A stretch of 32,000 bases of DNA, taken from positions 35,284 through 67,283 of the forward strand of contig JAPLKZ010000007.1 of NCBI GenBank assembly GCA_026387835.1. Direction: 5' to 3'. The DNA comes from Candidatus Saganbacteria bacterium (GTDB lineage Bacteria; Margulisbacteria; WOR-1; JAKLHX01). The position numbers and the translations under genes were made by a program. How positions within the stretch are numbered: the stretch's first letter is position 1; every line of letters starts with the position of its first letter. The notes below the pieces were generated by a model. It was given only the letters and a program-made list of their open reading frames with translations, ran no database searches and was not told where the DNA came from. Of this stretch, positions 1 to 8,406 are shown piece after piece.

Positions 1-360
1 GAAGGTTTTAGCAGGACAAAGATCGCCACAAAAGCCGGCGAGATGATGCTGCACGCGAAGCCGCATGAGGGTGCCGACGGCGCAAAAGCCGCACCGGCGG
101 ACAATCCCGACGGAAAAGCGGCCGAAATAATCCAGCAGGCGTACCAGGTCTCAAAAGAGATCAGGGCGGGCGCGGACAGATACGCGGATGATGTCCTGGC
201 GACGCTTGAAGCCACAACCGGCAGGATAATAAGGACGGTAAAGAACGGCAGGGTAAGGCTGAACAAAACAAACCCTTCGGACTCGCAGTATCAGGGCGCT
301 TCCAGAGAACCGGTCCCGGAAATATTCACGCAGATCGACGCGCTGGAGACAAAGACTTGA
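1..360 (+). CDS. C-terminal part of an uncharacterised, probably helical/coiled-coil protein (5'-truncated by the window edge)
   Basis: Frame 1 is open from base 1 (EGFSRTKIATKAGEMMLHAKP...), so the ATG at 43 in the track is probably internal. Low-complexity Ala/Asp/Gly linker followed by AAEIIQQAYQVSKEIRAGADRYADDVLATLE helix; stop at 358-360. Confidence 0.6.
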   Translation, partial: EGFSRTKIATKAGEMMLHAKPHEGADGAKAAPADNPDGKAAEIIQQAYQVSKEIRAGADRYADDVLATLEATTGRIIRTVKNGRVRLNKTNPSDSQYQGASREPVPEIFTQIDALETKT

Positions 361-379
361 CACAAAAGGAAACTCTCTC

Positions 380-1444
380 TTGAAAGCCTTGATATTATCC
401 GGCGGCGCGGGCACAAGGCTGCGTCCGCTAACGCACACGAACGCGAAACAACTGATCCCCATCGCGAATAAACCCATAATATTTTACGGTATCGAAGCGA
501 TAGCCCGCGCCGGGATAAAAAATCTTGCGATAATCGTCGGAGATACGGCCGAAGATGTGATGAGAGAGGTCGGGGACGGCAGCCGCTGGGGCATAAGGAT
601 CACCTATATAAGACAGGAAGCTCCTCTCGGCCTGGCGCACGCGGTGAAGATATCCCGGGATTTCATGAAGGACGATCCTTTCATAATGTACCTCGGGGAC
701 AATATCCTGAAAGAAGACCTGAACGAGTTCGTGAACAAGTTCAATAATAACAAGCCGAATTCGCTGATCCTTCTGACAAAAGTGCCCAACCCCGAGCATT
801 TCGGGGTCGCGGAGATCGATAAGGACGGCAACGTATTAAAACTTGTTGAAAAACCGAAACAGCCAAAAAGCGACCTTGCTCTTGTCGGGGTATACCTGTT
901 CGATAAAAATATTTTCAAGGCCGTAAATTCCATAAGACCGTCGGCGAGGGGAGAGCTCGAGATAACCGACGCGATCCAATGGCTGATGGATAACGGGTTT
1001 AAAGTCGAGCATCACCGCGTCACGGGATGGTGGAAGGACACAGGAAAACCTTCGGACATCATCGAAGCGAACCGTCTTATTCTTGAGATGGCGGAAAGCA
1101 AAATATCCGGAAGCATCGATGAAAAAACCAAGGTAAACGGTGTAATAATTTTGGGTGCCGGCGCCAGCATAACCGGCAGCAGGATAAACGGACCGGTCGT
1201 GATCGGTGAAAATGTCAGGATCATTAACTCTTCGATAGGCCCGAACGTTTCGATAGCGTCCAATACGGTAGTAGAAAACAGTTCGGTCGAGAACAGTATA
1301 ATACTTGAAGAATGCAAAATAATAAATATAAAAAACCCGATATCGCAGAGCATACTCGGGAGAGGCGTTTCTATCGTTTGCCGGGAAGGCAAAAAAAATG
1401 TTGCTATTTTGGGCGATAGAAGTGATATAATATTGGCGAATTGA
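380..1444 (+). CDS. rmlA: Glucose-1-phosphate thymidylyltransferase, long form with C-terminal left-handed beta-helix repeats
   Basis: N-terminus LKALILSGGAGTRLRPLTHTNAKQLIPIANKPIIFYGIEAI is the nucleotidyltransferase signature; hexapeptide-like repeats in C-terminal third; TTG start. Confidence 0.9.
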   Translation: MKALILSGGAGTRLRPLTHTNAKQLIPIANKPIIFYGIEAIARAGIKNLAIIVGDTAEDVMREVGDGSRWGIRITYIRQEAPLGLAHAVKISRDFMKDDPFIMYLGDNILKEDLNEFVNKFNNNKPNSLILLTKVPNPEHFGVAEIDKDGNVLKLVEKPKQPKSDLALVGVYLFDKNIFKAVNSIRPSARGELEITDAIQWLMDNGFKVEHHRVTGWWKDTGKPSDIIEANRLILEMAESKISGSIDEKTKVNGVIILGAGASITGSRINGPVVIGENVRIINSSIGPNVSIASNTVVENSSVENSIILEECKIINIKNPISQSILGRGVSIVCREGKKNVAILGDRSDIILAN

Positions 1445-1516
1445 TATATATAATTTATAACGGAGCGGGTTCGGGACCCTGTACGTTATAAAAATATAAT
1501 TATTTAGGAGATAAAT

Positions 1517-1972
1517 ATGATCGAGGGCGTCGAAACCAAAAAACTGAAAGTGATCCCCGATGAAAGAGGCCGATTGATGGAGATGCTGAGGAGCGATGAG
1601 CCGATATTTCAAAAATTCGGGCAGGTCTATATGACCACGGCATATCCCGGCGTTGTAAAAGGGTGGCATTACCATAAAAAACAATCCGACAATATGGTCG
1701 TAGTATCCGGGACGATGAAAATAGTCCTTTTTGACTCGAGGAGCGATTCAAAGACAAAAGGCGAGGTCAACGAGTTCTTTTTGGGGGATCACAACCCCTG
1801 TCTTCTCCGTATCCCGCCGTACGTCTATCACGGGTTCAAATGCGTAAGCGAAAAAGAGGCCATGGTGATAAACATTCCCACGGAAATGTATGATCACAAA
1901 GATCCTGACGAGTTCAGGGTTGACCCGCACAAGAATGATATCCCGTATAAATGGGACAGGAAGGACGGATAA
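1517..1972 (+). CDS. dTDP-4-dehydrorhamnose 3,5-epimerase-like cupin protein
   Basis: DERGRLMEMLR...GVVKGWHYHKKQSDNMVVVSGTMKIVLFDSR...IPPYVYHGFKC is RmlC-like; SD TTAGGAGAT upstream; sits between rmlA and rmlB. Confidence 0.8.
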   Translation: MIEGVETKKLKVIPDERGRLMEMLRSDEPIFQKFGQVYMTTAYPGVVKGWHYHKKQSDNMVVVSGTMKIVLFDSRSDSKTKGEVNEFFLGDHNPCLLRIPPYVYHGFKCVSEKEAMVINIPTEMYDHKDPDEFRVDPHKNDIPYKWDRKDG

Positions 1973-2989
1973 ATGAAACGGGTATTGGTCACCGGCGGGG
2001 CAGGTTTTATAGGCAGTAATTTTGCCAGGTATCTTCAGGAAAAACATCCTGATTATCATGTGACGGTGCTTGACTGTCTGAGCTACGCCGGGAACATCGA
2101 TAATCTCAAGGACCTGACGGAAAACCCGAACTTTTTTTTCTATCACGGCGACATCAGGGACAAGAATGTCGTCAATAATCTGGTGTTCAACTGCGACAGC
2201 ATCGTTCATTTCGCGGCGGAAACGCATGTTGACAGGTCCATAATAGACGCGGATTCGTTCATTTCGACCGATGTCTACGGGACTTATGTTCTGCTTGAAG
2301 CGGCGCGCTCTTACGGGATAGAAAAATTCGTCCATATCTCCACGGACGAGGTCTACGGCGAAGCGCCGGACAGGCCGTCCGTCGAAGAAGATGCCCTTAA
2401 TCCTAAAAGCCCGTATGCCGCGAGCAAGACAGGGGCCGACAGGCTGGCGTTCTCATATTTCACTACCTATAATGTTCCGGTCGTCATTTCGCGGTGCGCG
2501 AATAATTACGGACCGTACCAGTATCCGGAAAAACTCATACCGCTTTTCGTGTCTAACGCGCTCGAAGATAAACAACTCCCGGCTTACGGAACGGGAAAAA
2601 ATACAAGGACCTGGATACACGTGCTTGATCACTGCTCCGCGATAGATATGCTCCTTCACGGGCCGGATGCCGCGAACGGCCACGCGTTCAACATCAGTTC
2701 AAGGGAGGAATTCTCGGTACTCGATATCTCAAATATCATACTTAAGACGCTGAAGAAACCGCCTTCCCTGATACAGTTCGTCAAAGACCGGCCGGGGCAT
2801 GTCGTGAGGCACGCTGTTGACCCTTCGAAAATGGAAAAGATGTTCGGTTGGAAGTCAAAGATAAAATTCGAAGAGGGGATAGCAGAGACGATAAAATGGT
2901 ACAGCGATAACCGGGACTGGTGGACAAAGATCAAGGACAGGCAGAAAGAATATAAAGATTTCCAAAAAAAATGGTATGAAGAAAGATGA
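1973..2989 (+). CDS. rmlB: dTDP-glucose 4,6-dehydratase
   Basis: SDR GGAGFIGSNFARYL, HFAAETHVDRSI, STDEVYGEA, YAASKTGADRL motifs; starts immediately after previous stop. Confidence 0.93.
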   Translation: MKRVLVTGGAGFIGSNFARYLQEKHPDYHVTVLDCLSYAGNIDNLKDLTENPNFFFYHGDIRDKNVVNNLVFNCDSIVHFAAETHVDRSIIDADSFISTDVYGTYVLLEAARSYGIEKFVHISTDEVYGEAPDRPSVEEDALNPKSPYAASKTGADRLAFSYFTTYNVPVVISRCANNYGPYQYPEKLIPLFVSNALEDKQLPAYGTGKNTRTWIHVLDHCSAIDMLLHGPDAANGHAFNISSREEFSVLDISNIILKTLKKPPSLIQFVKDRPGHVVRHAVDPSKMEKMFGWKSKIKFEEGIAETIKWYSDNRDWWTKIKDRQKEYKDFQKKWYEER

Positions 2990-3004
2990 AAAAAGGAGGC
3001 AAAA

Positions 3005-3982
3005 ATGAAAACCGGAATTAAGGCTCTCTTTTTAATTATGGTATTCCTTTTGATCCCGGCGATCGCTTCAGGCGAGGAAGCATACAAGATAGGTGCCGGA
3101 GATGTACTGGAGGTGCACGCGTGGGACGCCATGGATTCCGATCTGTTGATAGTAAATCCGATACTTCCGGGATTGACCCAGGCATATATAGACCCTCATT
3201 CCGTCACGGTCTCAAGGGACGGGAAAATTTACATACCCATGCTGGGATCGCTATATGTCAAAGGAATGGATGTCAAGAGACTTGAAAGCATACTGCGTAC
3301 GGGCTTAAGAAGATATGCCAAAGGCTCAAACGTGACCGTGATGATAAAAACCCCAAAATCAATAACAGTCAATATCGCCGGCGAAGTAAGGAATCCCGGC
3401 GCGTACAATATCCCCGACGGTCGGCTTAATGAGCTCTCACTGTTGAATTATATAAAGAACGCGGGCGGTTATACCGAGGACGCGGATATAGATGAGATAG
3501 AGATCACCAAAATGAACGGTTCGAAGAGAACGGTCGACCTGCGCAAAATGATGAACGAAAACGACATTTCACAAAATGTGACACTGCATGACGGGGATAC
3601 GGTGGTAGTGCCTCAGTCCGTCGCAAGGGTATATGTCTTAGGCCAGGTCACAAGGCCCGGAGGGGTGAAATTTATCAATGGTTCTACGGTCATAAGTTAC
3701 ATCGCGATGGCAGGCGGCCTCCTGAAAACCGCCGCGTCCGATAATATAGGTGTCGTGAGAGGAGATCCTGGAAACCCCGTCGTAAAGAAGGTCAAGGTGA
3801 ACAGGTTCGCGAATTATGACAGTCAGGACACGCAGATAGCGGTATTGCCCGGCGATATCATCTTTGTGCCGATGAGCTGGTATTACAACTGGTCGGATGT
3901 GGCGTCGCTGATCGTCGGATACAGGGATGCGAGGGACGCGTCTATCGACCTGATAAGTCCGAACGAATGGAAACTCAGATAA
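3005..3982 (+). CDS. Polysaccharide biosynthesis/export protein (Wza-like, SLBB domains)
   Basis: Signal-like N-terminus, then YKIGAGDVLEVHAWDAMDSDLL...VSRDGKIYIPMLGSLYVKG...NVTVMIKTPKSITVNIAGEVRNPGAYNI...VYVLGQVTRPGGVKF. Confidence 0.88.
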   Translation: MKTGIKALFLIMVFLLIPAIASGEEAYKIGAGDVLEVHAWDAMDSDLLIVNPILPGLTQAYIDPHSVTVSRDGKIYIPMLGSLYVKGMDVKRLESILRTGLRRYAKGSNVTVMIKTPKSITVNIAGEVRNPGAYNIPDGRLNELSLLNYIKNAGGYTEDADIDEIEITKMNGSKRTVDLRKMMNENDISQNVTLHDGDTVVVPQSVARVYVLGQVTRPGGVKFINGSTVISYIAMAGGLLKTAASDNIGVVRGDPGNPVVKKVKVNRFANYDSQDTQIAVLPGDIIFVPMSWYYNWSDVASLIVGYRDARDASIDLISPNEWKLR

Positions 3983-4001
3983 GCGTATCGGAAGGTAGAT
4001 C

Positions 4002-5699
4002 GTGGAAATAAAAGAATTTATCGGAGTATTGTTAAAAAGAAAGAACATCGTGTTACTTTCGACGGTCATTATCTTCGTGATCGTGGCGGTATGGACGATG
4101 CAGCTGAAACCGGTATATCAGTCAAGTATCAAAATACTTGTGCAGAAAACCTCTCCCGGCCTACCCGGTCTTTCAGATCTTGCGGACCTGGGGCAACTAA
4201 CGGGGAACTCCAATTTCAGCAATCCCATGAGCACGCAGATCGAGCTGATGAAGATGCGGCCGGTAGTCGAAAGGGTCATACAACAGTTAGATATCAGAGA
4301 CGAGGACGGTTCTTTGATCAGTTACGAATCAATGCTAAAGAGGGTCACGATCTCAAATGTCAAGACGACCGATATAGTCCGGCTTGACGTAAGATCAAAT
4401 GATCCTGTGGAAGCGATGAATATCGCGAATTCGATAGGCAGGGTCTTTATGGAGCATGACGAAAAGACAAAAAAGGAGATGGCGAATGAAATAAGGAGAT
4501 TCATAGAAACTCAGGTGGCTGTCACGGGCAGGGAACTGGCCGTGGCGGAGGTCCCGATGTCAAAGAACATCAATATCGCCAAGAACACGCGTTCAGGCAT
4601 GATCACGGCCCAGAATTATAAGGACCTTTTAAAAAAACTGAGCGAAGCTAAGATATCCGAAGCATTGAATATCAGCAATGTAAGGATAGTAGAAGCGGCG
4701 GAACTGCCGGAGAAACCTATATCGCCCAAAAGACTGTTGAATTTCCTTCTGGGTTTGATAGCCGGCTTTATGACCGGAGCATCGATAGCCGTATCGCTGG
4801 AATATTTTGACGATTCGATAAAATCCCCGGAAGAATTGAGCGCGGCCGTTAAACTTCCGATACTCGGCAGTATCCCCGTTCTGCCTGTCAAGGACGGTAA
4901 AGCAGTTTCTTTAGAACAGGCAAAAGGTTTCAGGCTCCGTGATTTTCCTGCCTGGCTTTTTGGCATGAGGCCAAAAACAAGCAAGCACGCCCTGCCTGTC
5001 AAGAGCAATTTCAAGGAGCTGATAATCCTTGAAGACCCGAACAGCCCGCAGTCCGAAGCTTTCAGGACAGTAAGGACGAACATCGAATTCGTAAGGCCGG
5101 ACGAGCCCGTAAAAACGATGGGGGTAACAAGTTCAGTCCCGAACGAGGGGAAAACGGTCTTTACGTGCAATTTAGCCGTCGCGCTGGCGCAGACGGGAAA
5201 AAGTATACTTCTGGTCGATTGCGACCTCAGGCAGTCGCGGGTGCACGACATATTCGGGCTTAAAAACGACAAGGGCCTGTCGTCATACCTTTCGGGCGTT
5301 TCAGACATCACCGATATAATACAAAGATCCGGTGTAAATAATTTAAGCATAATCACCGCAGGGCCCCTCTCTCCGAATCCTTCCGAGCTCCTGGACTCGA
5401 AACGAATGAAGATATTCATCGATGAACAGTCGGTGAAATATGATCACATATTGATCGATTCCCCCCCCGTCAATCTCGTTACGGATGCGGCGATCATGGG
5501 CTCTAAACTGGACGGGATGCTGATAGTCGTTGATTACCAGTCCACCCGCAAAGCTGATGTCATTGAAGCAAAGCGGCTGCTTTCCGAGACGATGTCGGAC
5601 GTGCTCGGCCTGGTCATCATGAAGATCGTGCTCAACAAGAAGAACAAGTATTATAAGAAATATTATTACCGAAAGTTCGATATAAAGAAGAAGCAGTAA
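4002..5699 (+). CDS. Wzz/GNVR-domain polysaccharide co-polymerase fused to bacterial tyrosine kinase (Wzc-like BY-kinase)
   Basis: N-terminal Wzz segment; Walker A VTSSVPNEGKTVFTCNLAVAL, Walker A' ILLVDCDLRQ, Walker B HILIDSPP; C-terminal Tyr cluster NKYYKKYYYRKF; GTG start. Confidence 0.9.
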   Translation: MEIKEFIGVLLKRKNIVLLSTVIIFVIVAVWTMQLKPVYQSSIKILVQKTSPGLPGLSDLADLGQLTGNSNFSNPMSTQIELMKMRPVVERVIQQLDIRDEDGSLISYESMLKRVTISNVKTTDIVRLDVRSNDPVEAMNIANSIGRVFMEHDEKTKKEMANEIRRFIETQVAVTGRELAVAEVPMSKNINIAKNTRSGMITAQNYKDLLKKLSEAKISEALNISNVRIVEAAELPEKPISPKRLLNFLLGLIAGFMTGASIAVSLEYFDDSIKSPEELSAAVKLPILGSIPVLPVKDGKAVSLEQAKGFRLRDFPAWLFGMRPKTSKHALPVKSNFKELIILEDPNSPQSEAFRTVRTNIEFVRPDEPVKTMGVTSSVPNEGKTVFTCNLAVALAQTGKSILLVDCDLRQSRVHDIFGLKNDKGLSSYLSGVSDITDIIQRSGVNNLSIITAGPLSPNPSELLDSKRMKIFIDEQSVKYDHILIDSPPVNLVTDAAIMGSKLDGMLIVVDYQSTRKADVIEAKRLLSETMSDVLGLVIMKIVLNKKNKYYKKYYYRKFDIKKKQ

Positions 5700-5723
5700 A
5701 ACCATTTACAAGCCCACAGTATA

Positions 5724-5753
5724 TTGATTGTCTGATCAAGAGTATGATATATT
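5724..5753 (+). promoter_or_regulatory. Candidate sigma70 promoter TTGATT-N18-TATATT for the second export module
   Basis: -35 5724-5729, -10 5748-5753; ATG at 5760, 6 nt after the -10; no SD. Confidence 0.45.
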
Positions 5754-5759
5754 TAGACT

Positions 5760-6551
5760 ATGCGAAAGAAAGCCATTAAATTCATTGCCGCAATAGCGGC
5801 ATTCTGCTTCTCAGCAAACGCAATGCCTTGTTTTGCGCAGGACTATGCGGGAAGCAACGCGCCTTCTCCCGCAAATTACCAGTCGCAGTATTTATACTCT
5901 CAGCAGGAAATGAAAGTCTATAAACTTACGCCGGGAGATTCGATAGAGCTCGCGATAATAGTGGGGGATAACGCTAAAAGTCTGGATTATAAATTTATCA
6001 TTTCTCCGATGGGGGAGATATATATACCTAATATCGGGTTAGTGGATATCATGGGGCTTTCGATAGAGGATGCCCGCGCGAAGATCGATAAAGAAATAAA
6101 AAAGTATTTCAAAGAGCCGTTCAGGTCGTATCTGGTCCTGGTCCAGCCGAAGATCACCCGGCTAAAAATGCAGGGAGACGCGATCACCATCCCTTACACG
6201 CAGAGATATGTTTATGTTTACGGTGAAGTGGCGGACCCGGGGAGATTCGGATTTCTGCCGGGATCAAAGCTGTCAGATTACTTTAATTTCGCGGGAGGCC
6301 CCACGGGAAGGGCAAATCTCAGCTATGTAAGCGTTGCCAGGAATGTTGAGGGAAAACCGCAAGTGTTTAATGTTAACGCCAATGATCTTATATATAAAGG
6401 CGTCAAGGATAATGATGTCGTAATACAGGCCGGAGATATAATAAAGGTTCCCGCGAACTTCTTCTACTTTTCGGACTTCGCGACATTCGTCAATACTATA
6501 TTGCTTGGAATTACGCTTTACTATACAGTGCAGAATTTTATAAAGAGATAA
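5760..6551 (+). CDS. Second polysaccharide export protein (Wza-like, SLBB)
   Basis: Signal peptide; VYKLTPGDSIELAIIVGDNAKSLDYKFIISPMGEIYIPNIG...YVYVYGEVADPGRFGFLPGSKLSDYFNFAGGPTGRA; hydrophobic C-terminal tail. Confidence 0.85.
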   Translation: MRKKAIKFIAAIAAFCFSANAMPCFAQDYAGSNAPSPANYQSQYLYSQQEMKVYKLTPGDSIELAIIVGDNAKSLDYKFIISPMGEIYIPNIGLVDIMGLSIEDARAKIDKEIKKYFKEPFRSYLVLVQPKITRLKMQGDAITIPYTQRYVYVYGEVADPGRFGFLPGSKLSDYFNFAGGPTGRANLSYVSVARNVEGKPQVFNVNANDLIYKGVKDNDVVIQAGDIIKVPANFFYFSDFATFVNTILLGITLYYTVQNFIKR

Positions 6552-6555
6552 AAAT

Positions 6556-7452
6556 ATGGATGATGAAATAAATATTAAAGAAATAGCAGCGATACTCGCC
6601 AGATGGTGGAAGCTTATCGCCGCGGCCGTTCTGTTGTTCGGAGCCTCTGCTTTCATTCTCTCCTCCATCGCAAAGCCGGTCTATGAGGCCAAAGCAAAGA
6701 TACTGATGAGGGCTTCAGGAGGCGGTTCTTCTTTGGGCGCTCTGTCCGGTCTGGCAAGCATTGCCGGAATAAATATCGGTGCGGGCGGGGCCGGAGAATT
6801 ACAGGGTCTTATAGACAGCCGCAAAGTGCAGGATTATGTATCCGAGGACCTGATCAACAGCCGCAATGTTACGGAGTTTGTTTCAAAGGAAGTCGCTACT
6901 TTGTTTGCGGACGGAAAACCTGCTGACATGGGGAAAATGACAGCCAAGCTCGAAGGCAGTTATTTTGTTATCACAGTGAGACACAAGGATCCGTATGCAG
7001 CGCAGCTGATAAGCAATGCCTATGTGCCGGCTCTTTCTCTTTACTGGAACAGTTTGAATGCATCGGAAGCCAAGAAGAAGATCGAGTATATAGAAAAAGA
7101 AATGCCAAAAATACAGGCGCAACTGAAAACTGCCGAAGAAAGACTTAAGAGCCTGACGTATTTAAATGATACCCAGAGTGCGATTGAGACTGTCGAGATA
7201 TTAAGGGCTAAAAGAGAAGTTGAGATACTAAACTCAGTATATATGATGCTAAGAAATCAATACGAGACCGCCAAGCTTGACGCGGCCAAAGAGATCTCTC
7301 CTTTTTCAGATGTGGAGCCGGCTTTTTTGCCTGCCTATCCTGTATCTTCCAAGACCCCCTTTAACACTGCAATCGGGTTCATAATGGGTTTGTTTGCCGG
7401 AGTCTTTGCGGCCTTTACAGCAGATTTTCTGTTTCCCAAGAAAAAAGGCTGA
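6556..7452 (+). CDS. Wzz/chain-length-determinant family protein (no kinase domain)
   Basis: DDEINIKEIAAILARWWKLIAAAVLLFGASAFILSSIAKPVYEAKAKILM at N-terminus; coiled coil; C-terminal TM AFLPAYPVSSKTPFNTAIGFIMGLFAGVFAAFTADFL. Confidence 0.85.
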   Translation: MDDEINIKEIAAILARWWKLIAAAVLLFGASAFILSSIAKPVYEAKAKILMRASGGGSSLGALSGLASIAGINIGAGGAGELQGLIDSRKVQDYVSEDLINSRNVTEFVSKEVATLFADGKPADMGKMTAKLEGSYFVITVRHKDPYAAQLISNAYVPALSLYWNSLNASEAKKKIEYIEKEMPKIQAQLKTAEERLKSLTYLNDTQSAIETVEILRAKREVEILNSVYMMLRNQYETAKLDAAKEISPFSDVEPAFLPAYPVSSKTPFNTAIGFIMGLFAGVFAAFTADFLFPKKKG

Positions 7453-7455
7453 CAC

Positions 7456-7815
7456 ATGAAGATACTTTTCGGAATATTCACCGTAGGATTTCTAGTGGCT
7501 TTTGGACAGGTATCGCTCAAAATAGGGTCAAAACTTATTCAGGGAACTAGAATATCCCTGCCGCTGTTTGCGGATCTGATAAAGAACCCCTTCATATTAT
7601 TCGGCGGCTTTTCTTTTGCCGCGGGATTTCTCCTTTGGATAATGATACTTTCTAAGGCCAATCTCGGGACCGCTTATCCCGTGATGATGGGCACGGAGTT
7701 TTCATTGATAGTCCTTTTTTCGTACTTTCTTCTTAAAGAGCCTATGAACATCGGAAAGATCATCGGGATCATGGTCATCTTTATCGGAATTATAATCGTA
7801 TCAAAGAACTTATAA
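7456..7815 (+). CDS. Small EamA/EmrE-like (possibly ArnE-type) four-TM transporter
   Basis: 119 aa with four hydrophobic segments; ANLGTAYPVMMGTEFSLIVLFSYFLLKEPMNIGKIIGIMVIFIGIIIVSK. Confidence 0.75.
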   Translation: MKILFGIFTVGFLVAFGQVSLKIGSKLIQGTRISLPLFADLIKNPFILFGGFSFAAGFLLWIMILSKANLGTAYPVMMGTEFSLIVLFSYFLLKEPMNIGKIIGIMVIFIGIIIVSKNL

Positions 7816-7826
7816 AGCCCCTATGA

Positions 7827-7856
7827 TTGTTCAAGAAATGAACACTATGTTATAAT
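7827..7856 (+). promoter_or_regulatory. Candidate sigma70 promoter TTGTTC-N18-TATAAT for the MarR-like gene
   Basis: -35 7827-7832, -10 7851-7856; ATG 7863, 6 nt after the -10; no SD. Confidence 0.65.
7828..7844. promoter_or_regulatory. Candidate operator palindrome TGTTCAAGAAATGAACA
   Basis: Perfect 6-bp arms TGTTCA/TGAACA around 5 nt; overlaps the -35; 15/17 identical to the palindrome at 15436-15452. Confidence 0.7.
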
Positions 7857-7862
7857 CTCCAT

Positions 7863-8384
7863 ATGGACGATAACGAACTGAAGGCAATTTCTGAAATACA
7901 AAGAAATTCCAGAGCTTCCCAAAGGGAGCTGTCAAAAATTCTCAATTTATCGCTTGGCATGACAAATATCATCCTGCACCGTCTCATGGAAAAAGGATAT
8001 ATGAAAATAAAGCAGCTTGACGGAAGAAAAGTCCAGTATTTTCTTACTCCGAAAGGACTGAGCGAGAAGCTCCGGAGGTCAAGGCAGTATTTACAGGATA
8101 CAATACTCAATTTCGAGAAGATCAAAGAATTGATGAAAATGGCAATAGTAGAAAAAAAGGAGCAGGGATACAGCGATTTTTATATTTTCGGGGATTGGTA
8201 CCTTGATCATATAATTGAGCTCGGATTAAAAGAAATAGGCGACAGATCAATATCATGCAAACGCGTTGATGATCTTTCCGGTTTAAAAGGTAAACATGCG
8301 GTTTTGTTCTGCGCGGGAGATGTCCCTGCTGTTTTGACCGGCAGCGGGGTAATTGTTGTGGATATCGCAAAAATACTTTCGTAG
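7863..8384 (+). CDS. Winged helix-turn-helix regulator, similar to EPS-associated MarR-family regulators
   Basis: LKAISEIQRNSRASQRELSKILNLSLGMTNIILHRLMEKGYMKIKQLDGRKVQYFLTPKGLSEKLRRSRQYL: wHTH fold followed by a helical/alpha-beta C-terminal domain; next to EPS genes. Confidence 0.8.
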   Translation: MDDNELKAISEIQRNSRASQRELSKILNLSLGMTNIILHRLMEKGYMKIKQLDGRKVQYFLTPKGLSEKLRRSRQYLQDTILNFEKIKELMKMAIVEKKEQGYSDFYIFGDWYLDHIIELGLKEIGDRSISCKRVDDLSGLKGKHAVLFCAGDVPAVLTGSGVIVVDIAKILS

Positions 8385-8406
8385 AAATATTAAAGGAGCA
8401 AACCGT

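Noticed and set aside
357-362. TTGACA at the end of the first ORF as a promoter for rmlA
   Set aside because: The -10 position would fall inside the rmlA coding start and no matching hexamer was seen.
1468-1480. GGGTTCGGGACCC hairpin plus TATAAT at 1495-1500 between rmlA and the epimerase gene
   Set aside because: Stem of only about 4 bp with no U-tract, and no acceptable -35 for the TATAAT; too weak to call a terminator or promoter.
4091-4387. Plus-strand 98-aa ORF overlapping the Wzc-like gene
   Set aside because: Out of frame within a gene whose main frame is fully coherent (Wzz region continues through it); composition is low-information.
5724-5739. TTGAT-N6-ATCAA as a third copy of the operator
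   Set aside because: Different arms and spacing from TGTTCA-N5-TGAACA; overlaps the -35 by chance as far as can be judged.
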